A DNA stretch of 35,122 nucleotides from Candidatus Methylomirabilota bacterium. GTDB taxonomy: Bacteria > Methylomirabilota > Methylomirabilia > Rokubacteriales > CSP1-6. A program made the translations under genes and the position numbers. The DNA is taken from contig JBKPAK010000233.1 in the NCBI GenBank assembly GCA_046726415.1, forward strand, positions 1 through 35,122, in the 5' to 3' direction. The stretch's first letter is position 1, and every line of letters starts with the position of its first letter. The notes under the pieces were generated by a model. That model saw only the letters and a list, made by a program, of their open reading frames with translations, did not search any database and was not told the DNA's origin. Shown here piece after piece: positions 6,427 through 15,750 of this stretch.

Positions 6427-6894
6427 TCAGGAGAGCTTGTGGACCTCGGCGAGAATCCGGTCGGGGTCGGGCAGCTCTCCCCTCCCGTATCGCTCGATAA
6501 AACGCACCGCGCCCACCCGGTCGACGATGAACGTGGCCCGGTTGTTCGCGTTCCAGTCAGGCCAGTAGACGCCGTAGTCTTTCGCCACCTTGCGGTGGAG
6601 GTCGGACAGCAGCGGATAGTGAGAGATGCCCACCGCCTTCGCCCAGTTTTCGTGGCTGAATGGGCTGTCGGTGCTGATACCCAACACCTGGGTATTCGCC
6701 GCCTCGAAGTCGCGGACGCGTCTGTCGAAGGCCGGCATGCACGTGCTTCAGCCCGGCGTCCAATCGAGGGGGTAGAAGAGCAGCACCACCGTCTTGCCGC
6801 GAAACCGGCTCAGACTGACCTCCTTGAGTCCGATCCCCTTCAAGGTGAAGTCCGGGGCCGGGTCGCCCACGTTCAGCGTCTTTTCGGTACTCAC
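6427..6894 (-). CDS. Peroxiredoxin (AhpC/TSA family), probable selenoprotein with Sec49, 155 aa
   Basis: GTG at 6894 (RBS GGGAGG, overlaps the upstream stop): [18 protein letters not shown]...[14 protein letters not shown](6748-6750)-STCMPAF...[11 protein letters not shown]...YPLLSD...RATFIVD. The TGA occupies the peroxidatic Cys position of PxxxTxxC. Confidence 0.9.
6698..6736 (-). promoter_or_regulatory. Candidate bacterial SECIS hairpin
   Basis: Begins after an 11-nt spacer following the UGA: GCCG(G)CCU(U)CGA pairs with UCGAGGCGGC, enclosing GACGC-GUCC-GCGAC with a G-first apical loop. Folded by eye. Confidence 0.55.
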
Positions 6895-7817
6895 GCGCGG
6901 TAACCTCCCTTGGCGAATGTTCGCGGTTTGGCGGGCATCCTAGCCCGCGGTGCGCGCACCTTGGCGGGCGGTTTGCGCACCGTGGCCCACAGCTGGGCGC
7001 GCCGCGCCTCCAGGGCCGTTTCATCGACTCCCACGTACCCCGCCGCGCTCGTTACGCGGCCGGTTTCCCAGAGCCGCGCGAACCGCGACCTTGCGCGCGG
7101 ATCGCGGAACGCGTGGTGATCCATGATGACGCGGCAGCCGGTTGCCTCGACGACGCGCAGCAGATTGTCGATACCCCGCTCGATGAGCGCCCGACCCAAC
7201 TCGCCCTCGAGGTACGAGGGCGGTCCCGAGAGGTAGAGCAACGTCGGCCGTTCGCGGATGAGGTACGCGGCCGCCACCGGAGACAGCGGACCCTGGACGT
7301 CAGAGGCAAAGACGAACCGTTCGCGCTCGGCCGGATCCTCCACCGTGAGGGCCACCACGTAGCCGAGAAAGCTCCCTTCCACGCCATGAGGAAGTGGGGC
7401 AGAGCCGCGTAGAACCATGCTCGCCTCGCGCAGCGAGAATCCATCGGCCGCGTGGACGCGGGCCGAGGGGGTGAGAGCCGACCACAGGGCGGCTCCGCGA
7501 CGGGCTTGCCGCCCCGCGATCATACGCCGCGGATCCTTGGCCAGGACGATGCACGCACCGTAGGTCGCCGGGTCGCTCCGGAAGTGGTCTTCGTGATAGT
7601 GACTCACGAACACGAAGGCGGCCCGCGTGCCGTAGGCGGAGATCCGGTCGTTGGCCCGGCGGAGCGCCTCCCACTCCTCCTCCGCGGGAGGGAGATTGTA
7701 CCGGGAGGGGGCGAGCGTGGCGCCCGGATCGAGGAGGATCCCGGCGCCGCCGCATTCGACGTACGTCGCCATCGAACGCACGCCAAGGGACTCCGCCGCG
7801 AGCGGAAGGACCTTCAT
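6891..7817 (-). CDS. Metallo-beta-lactamase-fold hydrolase, UPF0282/COG2248-like
   Basis: [61 protein letters not shown]. Confidence 0.8.
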   Translation of the reverse strand: MKVLPLAAESLGVRSMATYVECGGAGILLDPGATLAPSRYNLPPAEEEWEALRRANDRISAYGTRAAFVFVSHYHEDHFRSDPATYGACIVLAKDPRRMIAGRQARRGAALWSALTPSARVHAADGFSLREASMVLRGSAPLPHGVEGSFLGYVVALTVEDPAERERFVFASDVQGPLSPVAAAYLIRERPTLLYLSGPPSYLEGELGRALIERGIDNLLRVVEATGCRVIMDHHAFRDPRARSRFARLWETGRVTSAAGYVGVDETALEARRAQLWATVRKPPAKVRAPRARMPAKPRTFAKGGYRA

Positions 7818-7841
7818 GGCGCCGACGTCACGACGAGATCC

Positions 7842-8603
7842 TCAGATACACCGCCCGCCGTCGACCTCGAGACACGAGCCCGTGATCATCGCCGCATCGT
7901 CGGAGGCGAGGAAGACGGCAGCGCTGGCTAAATCTTCAGGGCGATTGAGTCGACCCAGGGGCACAGTCGAGACATACCGCGCCATGCCCTCCTCGTCGAC
8001 CACCTGCTTGCCCATGAAGGTCGCCAGCATGGGTGTCTCGGTGGCCACGGGAGCGATCGCCACGACGCGGACACCGTGCGGGGCCATCTCCAGGGCCAGG
8101 CTCTTGGCCAACGTCACCACCGCCCCTTTAGACGCGGCGTAGGTCTGTCCGCCGGGACGGGGGCGAATAGCGGCGGTGGAGGCCGTGATCAGAAACACCC
8201 CGCGCCTCTGCCGCTTCATGACCGGCAACGCGCACTTTGCTCCGAGCCACACGCCCTTCACGTTCACGGCCATGATCTGGTCGAAGACGCTCTCGTCGAT
8301 CGTCTCGATAGAGCCTGGCCACTGTGGCACGCCCGCGTTGGCGAAGAAGATATCGAGTCGGCCCCAGGCGGCCTGCGCCCGTTCCACCAACGCCTGATTG
8401 TCGGCGGCCCGGGTCACGTCGACAGTCAGGGCCAGCGCCTCACCACCGGCCTTCCGGATTTGCTCCGCCGTATCGTTCGCGGTCGCCGCGTTGACGTCGG
8501 CCACCAGGACACGCGCGCCCTCGGAGGCCATGGCGCGTGCCGACACTGCCCCGATGCCCGATCCCCCTCCGGTCACAATCGCCACCCGTTCTGCGAGTTT
8601 CAT
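7842..8603 (-). CDS. Short-chain dehydrogenase/reductase (FabG-like)
   Basis: TGGGSGIG, NAG, YAASK, VDGGR. Confidence 0.93.
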   Translation of the reverse strand: MKLAERVAIVTGGGSGIGAVSARAMASEGARVLVADVNAATANDTAEQIRKAGGEALALTVDVTRAADNQALVERAQAAWGRLDIFFANAGVPQWPGSIETIDESVFDQIMAVNVKGVWLGAKCALPVMKRQRRGVFLITASTAAIRPRPGGQTYAASKGAVVTLAKSLALEMAPHGVRVVAIAPVATETPMLATFMGKQVVDEEGMARYVSTVPLGRLNRPEDLASAAVFLASDDAAMITGSCLEVDGGRCI

Positions 8604-8620
8604 GAATCGCTCCTATGGGC

Positions 8621-8750
8621 TTTGGAGGGGCGCGACGCCCCCTCCAAACCTCCCCCCTGGCGCGAGGGCAACTAACGGTCCCGTCGCCCATGGCGCGTTT
8701 ACGTGGCGGGGGCGCGACGCCCCCTCCAAACCTCCCCCCTGGTGCGAGGG
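8621..8750. repeat. Two copies of a 42-bp REP-like intergenic repeat
   Basis: GGGGCGCGACGCCCCCTCCAAACCTCCCCCCTGG(C/T)GCGAGGG at 8627-8668 and 8709-8750 (one mismatch); the first copy forms hairpin TTTGGAGGGG-N8-CCCCTCCAAA (8621-8648). Confidence 0.85.
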
Positions 8751-8809
8751 TCACACCGTCCAACGCGATCGCGAGGGCCTCACCCCGTTGCCGTCGGCCC
8801 GTTGTTCAT

Positions 8810-9829
8810 CTAGAGCACCAGCTCGGCCATGAGCCGGGTCGCCCGCTGATCACCGGCCACCATCATGCTGGTCACGCCCGCGGCGGTCCATTCGCCGAGG
8901 CGTTCGCGGATCCGCTCGCGCGGCCCGCAGAGGGCGACGTCATCTACCAGCGCGTCGGGCACCGCGGCGGCGGCCTCATCTTTCCGTCCCGCCAGATAGA
9001 GATCCTGGATTGTGCGCGCGGCGTCCTCGTAGCCATAGCGTCGCGCGACGTCGTTGTAGAAATTCCGTCCGCGGGCGCCCATCCCGCCCATGTACAACGC
9101 CAGCCGCGGCCGCACCACTGCCCGGCAGGCGGCCACGTCGTCCCCCACGACCACGGAGACCATGGGCATGATGTCGAATCCCGCCCCGATTTTCCCGCCT
9201 GCCCGGAAGCCCTCCGCCAACCAACCGCGGAACATCGCGAGATGCCGCGGGGAGAAGAAGACGGGAATCCACCCGTCGGCGATTTCGGCGGCCAGCGCCA
9301 CGTTCTTCGGGCCGATGGCGGCCAGATAGATCGGCAGGTCTGGACGCCCGTGCAAGATGGACTTGAGCGGCTTGCCAAGCCCCGTGGCGTCGGGGCCCGC
9401 GTATGGAATCTGGTAGTACACGCCGTTGTATTCGACCGCCTTCTCCCGCCGCAGGATCATGCGGACGACCTCGACATACTCTCGCGTCCGCCCCAGCGGG
9501 CGCCCGAAGGGTTGGCCATGCCACCCCTCGACGACCTGAGGACCGGAGACGCCCAAACCGAGCCGGAACCGACCGCCCGAGAGGGCGTCGAGCGTCATCG
9601 CGGTCATGGCGGTGGCCGCTGGCGTGCGCCCGGACACCTGCATGATGGCGGTGCCCACGTGCAGCCGGGTGGTCCGCGCAGCGATCCAGGTCGCCGGTGT
9701 CACCGCGTCGGAACCGTACGCCTCGGCCGTCCACGCGGAATCGTAGCCGAGGCGCTCCGCCTCGAGGATCCTGTCCATATCGACCGTCAGGGAGGCCCCG
9801 GAGTAGTTCAGACTTAGTGCGAGACGCAT
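8810..9829 (-). CDS. LLM-class F420-dependent oxidoreductase (Rv3520c-like)
   Basis: From ATG at 9829: MRLALSLNY...[19 protein letters not shown]...[16 protein letters not shown]...[20 protein letters not shown]. Confidence 0.9.
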   Translation of the reverse strand: MRLALSLNYSGASLTVDMDRILEAERLGYDSAWTAEAYGSDAVTPATWIAARTTRLHVGTAIMQVSGRTPAATAMTAMTLDALSGGRFRLGLGVSGPQVVEGWHGQPFGRPLGRTREYVEVVRMILRREKAVEYNGVYYQIPYAGPDATGLGKPLKSILHGRPDLPIYLAAIGPKNVALAAEIADGWIPVFFSPRHLAMFRGWLAEGFRAGGKIGAGFDIMPMVSVVVGDDVAACRAVVRPRLALYMGGMGARGRNFYNDVARRYGYEDAARTIQDLYLAGRKDEAAAAVPDALVDDVALCGPRERIRERLGEWTAAGVTSMMVAGDQRATRLMAELVL

Positions 9830-10176
9830 GACCATTGTCCTCGGCGGGGCGACGCCCCGAGACCACCGTGCCGCCAACGGTGGCGCGCCAGGAGCACCCG
9901 GCCCGCGCGAAAGGCGACCCCTTCCTGTTCGAGGCGGATTCGCTGCGTGATCATCCCGCTCATGGGCGCACGCAGGCTGATGCCGCCGCGGGCATTGACC
10001 ACGCGGTGCCACGGAATGCCGGAGGGCGACACGCGCATCGCATGACCTACCGCACGAGCGGCCCGGGGGCGCCCGAGCCGCGCCGCGATTTCGCCGTAGG
10101 TGAGCACGCATCCGCGAGGGATGCGACGAACCAGACGGTAGACGGCCGCCATGAAATGCCCGGTGCCGTCAGGCAC
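9814..10176 (-). CDS. Alkyltransferase-like (ATL) protein, MGMT DNA-binding family
   Basis: [19 protein letters not shown], and PWHRV with Trp in place of the catalytic Cys of PCHRV. Confidence 0.9.
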   Translation of the reverse strand: MPDGTGHFMAAVYRLVRRIPRGCVLTYGEIAARLGRPRAARAVGHAMRVSPSGIPWHRVVNARGGISLRAPMSGMITQRIRLEQEGVAFRAGRVLLARHRWRHGGLGASPRRGQWSCVSH

Positions 10177-11959
10177 GCGCGGACTCGGGTCCGAACTGCA
10201 TCTCGCAAAGACGCGCGTAGAGGCCGCCGCGACGAACGAGCGTCTCGTGGGTGCCGTCCTCGTGGATCCGCCCGCGATGCAGCACCATGATGCGGTCGGC
10301 GTTCTGGATGGTCGACAGACGATGCGCGATGGTGAGGGTGGTGCGACCGACGAGTAGACGGGACATCGCAGTCTGGATGAGCGCCTCCGACTCGGGATCG
10401 ATACTGGAAGTGGCCTCGTCGAGCACGAGGATGGCGGGATTGTACACGAGGGCTCGGGCGATGGCCAGCAACTGACGCTCGCCGTGCGAGACGTTGGCCC
10501 CGCGCTCGCTCAGCTCGGTGAGCCAGCCGCGCGGAAGGGCTTCGATGAAGGCTCGCGCACTGGCGACGCTGGCCGCCTCCAGCAAGGCGTCGCGGCTGAC
10601 CGACCCGTCGCTGACCGCCCGCAGGTTCGCCTCCACCGAGCCAGTGAAGAGCACGCTCTCCTGGAAGACGACGCCCACGTGTCGACGCAGTCGCTCAAGA
10701 TCCCAAGCCCGGACGTCCACGCCTTCGACCAGCACGCGGCCGCGCCCCACGTCATACGATCGGTTGAGGAGCCGACCGCAGGTGGTCTTTCCCTCTCCGG
10801 TGGCGCCCACCAGGGCCACGTGTTCACCGCGCCGGACCGGGAACGAACAATCGCGCAGGACCCAGTACTCGTCCTCGTATGCGAACCAGACGTTCTGGAA
10901 GGCCATCGCCGGCTCTCCCGGCCGAGGTCTGACGACGCCGGCGGTCGAGGGGGACAGGATGGTCGGGGTGAGATCGAGAATGCCGAAGATGCGCTCGGCG
11001 GAGGTCATGGCGGCCTGCATCACCGCGTACTTTGCCCCTAGGTCGCGGATCGGGAGGAAGAACCGGTTCGTGTACTGCATGAAGGCCACCAGCGCACCGA
11101 AGCTCAGCGCCTCGGCGGCAATCTGCCGCCCGCCATACCAGAGCAGCAGGGCGAGAGCCACGAAGCCGAGGGCCTCCACCGACGCGTAGAGGGAAGACTC
11201 GAAGACGGTTGAGCCGAACAGCGCCCGCCGGTACGCGGAATTGAGCCCCGCGAACGCGCGCCGCTCGGCGCGCTCGCGAGCGAAGAGTTGCACCACCGCC
11301 ATCCCGGCTAGCGACTCCTGGAGAAAGGCGTTGAGCCGGGCGAGCCGACGGCGGACGGTGCGGTAAGCGTCGCGCGCGCGCAGGCGGAAGTATCCGGCCA
11401 CGGCTCCCACCACCGGCACAATGGCGAAGGTCACCAGGGCCAACCGCCAGTCCATCCAGAGCATTATGGTCACCACGCCCAGCAGGGTCACGGCGTCGGC
11501 CACCAGGGCGAACAGGCCGCTGGTGAAGGCCTCGCTCACCGCCTCCACGTCGTAGAGGACACGGGTCATGAGACGGCCCACGGGGTTCTTGTCGAAGAAG
11601 CGCGCATCCAAGGTCAGGAGGTGGCGGAACATCGTGTCGCGGAGGTCGTACATCACGCGCTGGCCGATTGCGGTCAGAAGGTACCCCTCGACCGCCCGCA
11701 GCGCGAAGAGGACCACGAGAACGGCGGCAAACGCCGCGGCCACGAGCCGGAGGCCCGCCCACTCCCCCGGCAGAATGTACTCGTCGATGGCGATCTTCAG
11801 GAGATAAGGCTGCACCAATTCCACCGCGGCGATGGTGGGAAACAGGAACAGCGTGCCCACGATCAGACGGCGATGTGGCCGGGAGGCCTCCCACAAGCGC
11901 GCGGCGAGGCGATGATCGTAGGCGCGGCCGAGGATCTCGTCGTGCACATATTCAGGCAC
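10169..11959 (-). CDS. ABC exporter permease/ATPase, heterodimer subunit
   Basis: GTG at 11959; TM domain; GATGEGKT, signature VSHGERQ, ILVLDEAT, IAHRL. Confidence 0.92.
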   Translation of the reverse strand: MPEYVHDEILGRAYDHRLAARLWEASRPHRRLIVGTLFLFPTIAAVELVQPYLLKIAIDEYILPGEWAGLRLVAAAFAAVLVVLFALRAVEGYLLTAIGQRVMYDLRDTMFRHLLTLDARFFDKNPVGRLMTRVLYDVEAVSEAFTSGLFALVADAVTLLGVVTIMLWMDWRLALVTFAIVPVVGAVAGYFRLRARDAYRTVRRRLARLNAFLQESLAGMAVVQLFARERAERRAFAGLNSAYRRALFGSTVFESSLYASVEALGFVALALLLWYGGRQIAAEALSFGALVAFMQYTNRFFLPIRDLGAKYAVMQAAMTSAERIFGILDLTPTILSPSTAGVVRPRPGEPAMAFQNVWFAYEDEYWVLRDCSFPVRRGEHVALVGATGEGKTTCGRLLNRSYDVGRGRVLVEGVDVRAWDLERLRRHVGVVFQESVLFTGSVEANLRAVSDGSVSRDALLEAASVASARAFIEALPRGWLTELSERGANVSHGERQLLAIARALVYNPAILVLDEATSSIDPESEALIQTAMSRLLVGRTTLTIAHRLSTIQNADRIMVLHRGRIHEDGTHETLVRRGGLYARLCEMQFGPESARA

Positions 11960-13652
11960 GGGCGATTTCGTCCTCGAGCTGTTGAAGGCGCCAGAGCCGC
12001 GCGTACGCTCCGCCGGCCAGCACCAGCGCATCGTGGCGCCCCATCTCCGCCACCCGCCCCTCCTCCAGGACGACGATGCGGTCGGCGGCCCGGGCCGCCC
12101 GCAGGCGGTGCGTCATGACGAGCACCGTTCGCCCGCTGGCCGTGCGCAGGATCCGCTCCACGATCTCCTCCTCCTTGGCGGGGTCGACATTGGAAAACAC
12201 GTCGTCGAGTACCAGGAGGGATGGTTCCGCGGCCAGGGCGCGCGCGAGGGCCACTCGCTGGCGTTGTCCGCCGGAGAGCGTGAGGCCGCGCTCACCCACG
12301 ACAGTGTCCCACCCGCCGGCCAAGCGCTCGATTTCCTCGGCAATTCCCGCGGTGATGGCGGCGGCCCGTACTCGCTCCGGCGTGATGGTGTCTCGGCCGA
12401 GCGCGATGTTCTCCGGCACTGATCGGGAGAACAGGAAGGCCTCCTGGGGGACGTAGCCAAGGGAGGCTCGCAGATCGCCGAGCGAAATGCTGCGGACATC
12501 GCGGCCGTTGACAAACACCGTCTCCGGGGGCGGCTCCCACAGGCGGGCGACGAGGAGCCCCAGGGTCGACTTCCCACTGCCGGTCGCCCCGACGATGGCG
12601 ATCTTCTCCCCGGGCTCGACGTGGAAGCTGACGTCGCGGAGGGCAGGCTTTCGCTCCTCGTAAGCGAACGTCAAGCCGGCGAAGCGCAGCGCCAATGGCC
12701 CTGGCAAGGGGCGGCCCTCCTGAACCTGCGCCGGTGCCCTCGCGGTGACCTCCAGGAGACGGTCCATCGAGGTCAGGCCCCGCCGGATGTTTGACAGCGT
12801 CCACCCCAGCGCCATGGCGGGCCAGGCCAGGTAGGCGAGGTATCCATTGAACGCCACGAGCGCGCCCAGGCTCAGGCGACCTTCCGCCACTGCCGTTCCT
12901 CCGATCCAGAGCACCGTGAGCGCGCCCAGCCCTCCAACCAAGCCGGTGAGCGGCGTGAACTGCGACTGCGTGCGGCCCAGGGCCAGGCTGCGCCGCAAGA
13001 ACTCCGCGTTGGCATCGGCGAAGTGACGGCGGGCCCGCGCCTCCATGGTGTACGCGCGCACCACGCCGATCGCGGTCAGGTGCTCCTGCACCAGCCCCGA
13101 CAGCGAGCCGAGTTGCTCTTGCATGGCCTCGGACTCTCGATGCACGCGCGCGTTGGTCCAGCGGGCGACCCCCACCGGCACGGAACACGGGAGCAGGGCC
13201 CACATCGTCAGCCAGAGATCGATGCTGAGCATGGCCGCCAGCGCTCCGGCGAACGCCGCGACCGTGCTCACCAGGCTGACGAGGCCGAAGCCGACCAGCC
13301 CCTTCACCGCGGTCACGTCACTGGTGGCTCGCGCCATGAGGTCTCCCGTCCGGTGCGTCGCGTAGAAGGCCGGCGGATACGCCTGCAGGGCAGCATAGAG
13401 GTCTCGGCGGACGTCCGATTCCACGCGCTGAGCGGCACCCAGCAGCGAGAAGCGCGAGAGAAGTCGGGCCAGACCATTGCCAATGGCCAGTAGCAGAATG
13501 ACCAGGACATCGTAGGCGATGGGCGCCCCCGCGGCATCGTGCTCCAGGGCGTCGACGGCGCGCTTGACGGTGGCGGGGATAGTCAGCGCCAGTCCGGTCG
13601 CGGTCAGGAGCGCGAGCACCCCGATGAGGTAGCGCGCGCGGTAGCGGACCAT
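11952..13652 (-). CDS. ABC exporter permease/ATPase, heterodimer subunit (start may be CTG at 13685)
   Basis: TM domain; GATGSGKST, LSGGQRQ, LVLDDVFS (Asp for the catalytic Glu), THRL. Confidence 0.92.
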   Translation of the reverse strand: MVRYRARYLIGVLALLTATGLALTIPATVKRAVDALEHDAAGAPIAYDVLVILLLAIGNGLARLLSRFSLLGAAQRVESDVRRDLYAALQAYPPAFYATHRTGDLMARATSDVTAVKGLVGFGLVSLVSTVAAFAGALAAMLSIDLWLTMWALLPCSVPVGVARWTNARVHRESEAMQEQLGSLSGLVQEHLTAIGVVRAYTMEARARRHFADANAEFLRRSLALGRTQSQFTPLTGLVGGLGALTVLWIGGTAVAEGRLSLGALVAFNGYLAYLAWPAMALGWTLSNIRRGLTSMDRLLEVTARAPAQVQEGRPLPGPLALRFAGLTFAYEERKPALRDVSFHVEPGEKIAIVGATGSGKSTLGLLVARLWEPPPETVFVNGRDVRSISLGDLRASLGYVPQEAFLFSRSVPENIALGRDTITPERVRAAAITAGIAEEIERLAGGWDTVVGERGLTLSGGQRQRVALARALAAEPSLLVLDDVFSNVDPAKEEEIVERILRTASGRTVLVMTHRLRAARAADRIVVLEEGRVAEMGRHDALVLAGGAYARLWRLQQLEDEIARA

Positions 13653-13737
13653 GTACCCGCCGACTGCGCGCGCGGATGAGGTCAGCCGCGCCTCCAGTCG
13701 ACGAACGGCATGGGTGAGCGCCCGACGGCCATGCGCG

Positions 13738-14862
13738 TCACCACCAACCCCGGCGCTTGAAATAGGCCGCCATGGCCACCGAGCACACTGCCATCAGCCC
13801 GAGGGCCCACAGGTAGCCATACCGCCAGTGCAGTTCCGGCATGAAGTCGAAGTTCATCCCATAGATGCTGGCAATGAACGTCAACGGGATGAACAGGGTG
13901 GCGATGACGGTCAGAACCTTCATGACTTGGTTCAAGCGCTGATTCTGCGCCGACAGGTAGACCTCCATGACCGAGGCCGCACCCTCTCGTAGCGATTCGA
14001 TCATGTCGAGGGCCTGGACGGCGTGGTCGTACGCGTCGCGCAGGAAGACCTTGGTCTCGTTGGCGATCAGTCCCGAGTCGTCGCGCTGGAGCACGCCGAT
14101 CTCCTCTCGGACCGGCCACACGGCGCGCCGGAGGATGAGGATGTCGTGCCGCAACCGCTGGATCTGGATGAGCGTCGCTTGGGTGGGCTGGGCGATGGCT
14201 TCATCCTGGAGGGCTTCCATGCGATCGCCGAGGGCATCGAGGACGGGGAAGTAGCCATCCACGATCGCGTCCACGAGCAGATACGCCAGGTAATCGGCGG
14301 CGGCGCCCCGCACGCGCCCTCGCGCGTGGCGAATCGCCTCGCGCACGGCCCCAAAGGTGTCGGTTCCGTCGCGCTCGCGCACCGACACCACCCAGTCCGC
14401 CCCGAAGAAGATGCTGATCTGCTCCTCTTCGATCTCGCTGGTGCCCCGGATGATGCGCAGCACGATGAAGAAGTGCGTGTCATAGCGTTCAGCCTTGGGC
14501 CGCTGCGGCACGTTGAGGGCGTCCTCCATGGCCAGCGGGTGCAAGCCGAAGCGCTCGCCCAGGTGCGTCAGGGTGGCCGGGTCGCCCGCTCCTTCGAGAT
14601 CGATCCAGTTGATGGCGCCGGCGCGCGCGAGGCGAAGGGCCTCGCCAGCGTCGCGGGCGGGTCGCTCCAGCGCGTCGCCGGCGTCGAAGGACACCACCGA
14701 GATGCGCGCCGGCCCCAGCGATGTGGGGTCGGGCGGGGCCAGCGTTCCAGGCGGCGTGCCCGGCCGGCGCCGGGTGAGACGTCGTCGCCGTGTCGTGTGC
14801 GCGACCCGCGCGGCGGCGGGGCCCGGAGGCGGCGACGTGTCGTGCATGTCGATCTCCGTCAT
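13738..14862 (-). CDS. corA: Magnesium/cobalt transporter CorA
   Basis: GLHPLAMED, QRPK, YLAYLLVDAIVDGYFP, LNQVMKVLT, IYGMNF, MPELHWRYGY. Start approximate (ATG 14862 or 14847). Confidence 0.93.
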   Translation of the reverse strand: MTEIDMHDTSPPPGPAAARVAHTTRRRRLTRRRPGTPPGTLAPPDPTSLGPARISVVSFDAGDALERPARDAGEALRLARAGAINWIDLEGAGDPATLTHLGERFGLHPLAMEDALNVPQRPKAERYDTHFFIVLRIIRGTSEIEEEQISIFFGADWVVSVRERDGTDTFGAVREAIRHARGRVRGAAADYLAYLLVDAIVDGYFPVLDALGDRMEALQDEAIAQPTQATLIQIQRLRHDILILRRAVWPVREEIGVLQRDDSGLIANETKVFLRDAYDHAVQALDMIESLREGAASVMEVYLSAQNQRLNQVMKVLTVIATLFIPLTFIASIYGMNFDFMPELHWRYGYLWALGLMAVCSVAMAAYFKRRGWW

Positions 14863-14895
14863 GCTCGGGGACGCCTCGGTGCTTGTCAAGCAAGC

Positions 14896-14905
14896 GTGAT
14901 ATAGT
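14896..14905 (+). promoter_or_regulatory. Extended -10-like element before suhB
   Basis: TGATATAGT ends 8 nt before the ATG at 14914; no Shine-Dalgarno sequence. Confidence 0.4.
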
Positions 14906-14913
14906 CCGCGGGT

Positions 14914-15702
14914 ATGGCTTCGCTCGAGCGGCGCGTGGCGATCGACGCCGCACGAGCAGCCGGCCTCCTCCTTCGCGATGCGCGGGCCGGGACCCGGCAG
15001 ATCACCTACAAGGGCGCTCCCACCAACCTCGTCACCGAGATGGACGCGCGCGCAGAAGCGCTGGTGATCGAGCATCTTCGCGACGCCTTTCCGGACGACG
15101 CGATCCTGGCCGAGGAGAGCGGAGCCCGGGCCGGGAATTCCGGACGGCGCTGGATCATCGATCCGCTCGACGGCACCACGAATTACGCGCATGGGTTGCC
15201 GCTATGGGCGGTGTCCATCGCTCTCGAGCGGGACCGTCGCGTCATCCTCGGCGTCATCTGCGACCCCGCCCACGGCGAACTGTTCGTCGCCGAGCGCGGG
15301 GGCGGCGCGGTGGTCAATGACGAACCGTTGGCGGTCTCGCGCCGGGCGATCCTCGACGAGAGTCTTCTCGCCACCGGATTTCCCTACGGCATTCGGGAGA
15401 CGCACGACACGAACCTCTCCGAGTACGCCGCGTTCAGCCTGCGGACGCGAGGGGTGCGGCGCCTGGGCTCAGCCGTTCTCTACCTGGCCTGGGTGGCGGC
15501 CGGACGCCTGGACGGCTACTGGGAGTTGCGGGTCGGCTCGTGGGACGTCGCCGCGGGCGCCCTGCTCGTGGAGGAGGCCGGTGGTCGCGTGAGCGATCTC
15601 GCCGGCGGCCCCCTCGACCTCGATGCGCCGTCGATCGTGGCCAGCAACGGCCACATTCACGGCGCGATGCTGCGCGTGCTCAGGGAAACGCGCTCGCCCT
15701 GA
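14914..15702 (+). CDS. suhB: Inositol monophosphatase family protein
   Basis: NLVTEMD, ILAEE, WIIDPLDGTTNY, RRLGSA, WDVAAG. Confidence 0.9.
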   Translation: MASLERRVAIDAARAAGLLLRDARAGTRQITYKGAPTNLVTEMDARAEALVIEHLRDAFPDDAILAEESGARAGNSGRRWIIDPLDGTTNYAHGLPLWAVSIALERDRRVILGVICDPAHGELFVAERGGGAVVNDEPLAVSRRAILDESLLATGFPYGIRETHDTNLSEYAAFSLRTRGVRRLGSAVLYLAWVAAGRLDGYWELRVGSWDVAAGALLVEEAGGRVSDLAGGPLDLDAPSIVASNGHIHGAMLRVLRETRSP

Positions 15703-15750
15703 CCTGCTCGACACTCACTGGCTGGCCGTCCGCGCGGTCGGGGCGCGATT

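Noticed and set aside
8621-8750. CRISPR array
   Set aside because: Only two units, GC-rich low-complexity repeat, no leader or cas genes in the window.
9814-10176. Active O6-methylguanine methyltransferase (ogt/ada)
   Set aside because: The motif is PWHR, not PCHR; this is the known non-catalytic ATL type.
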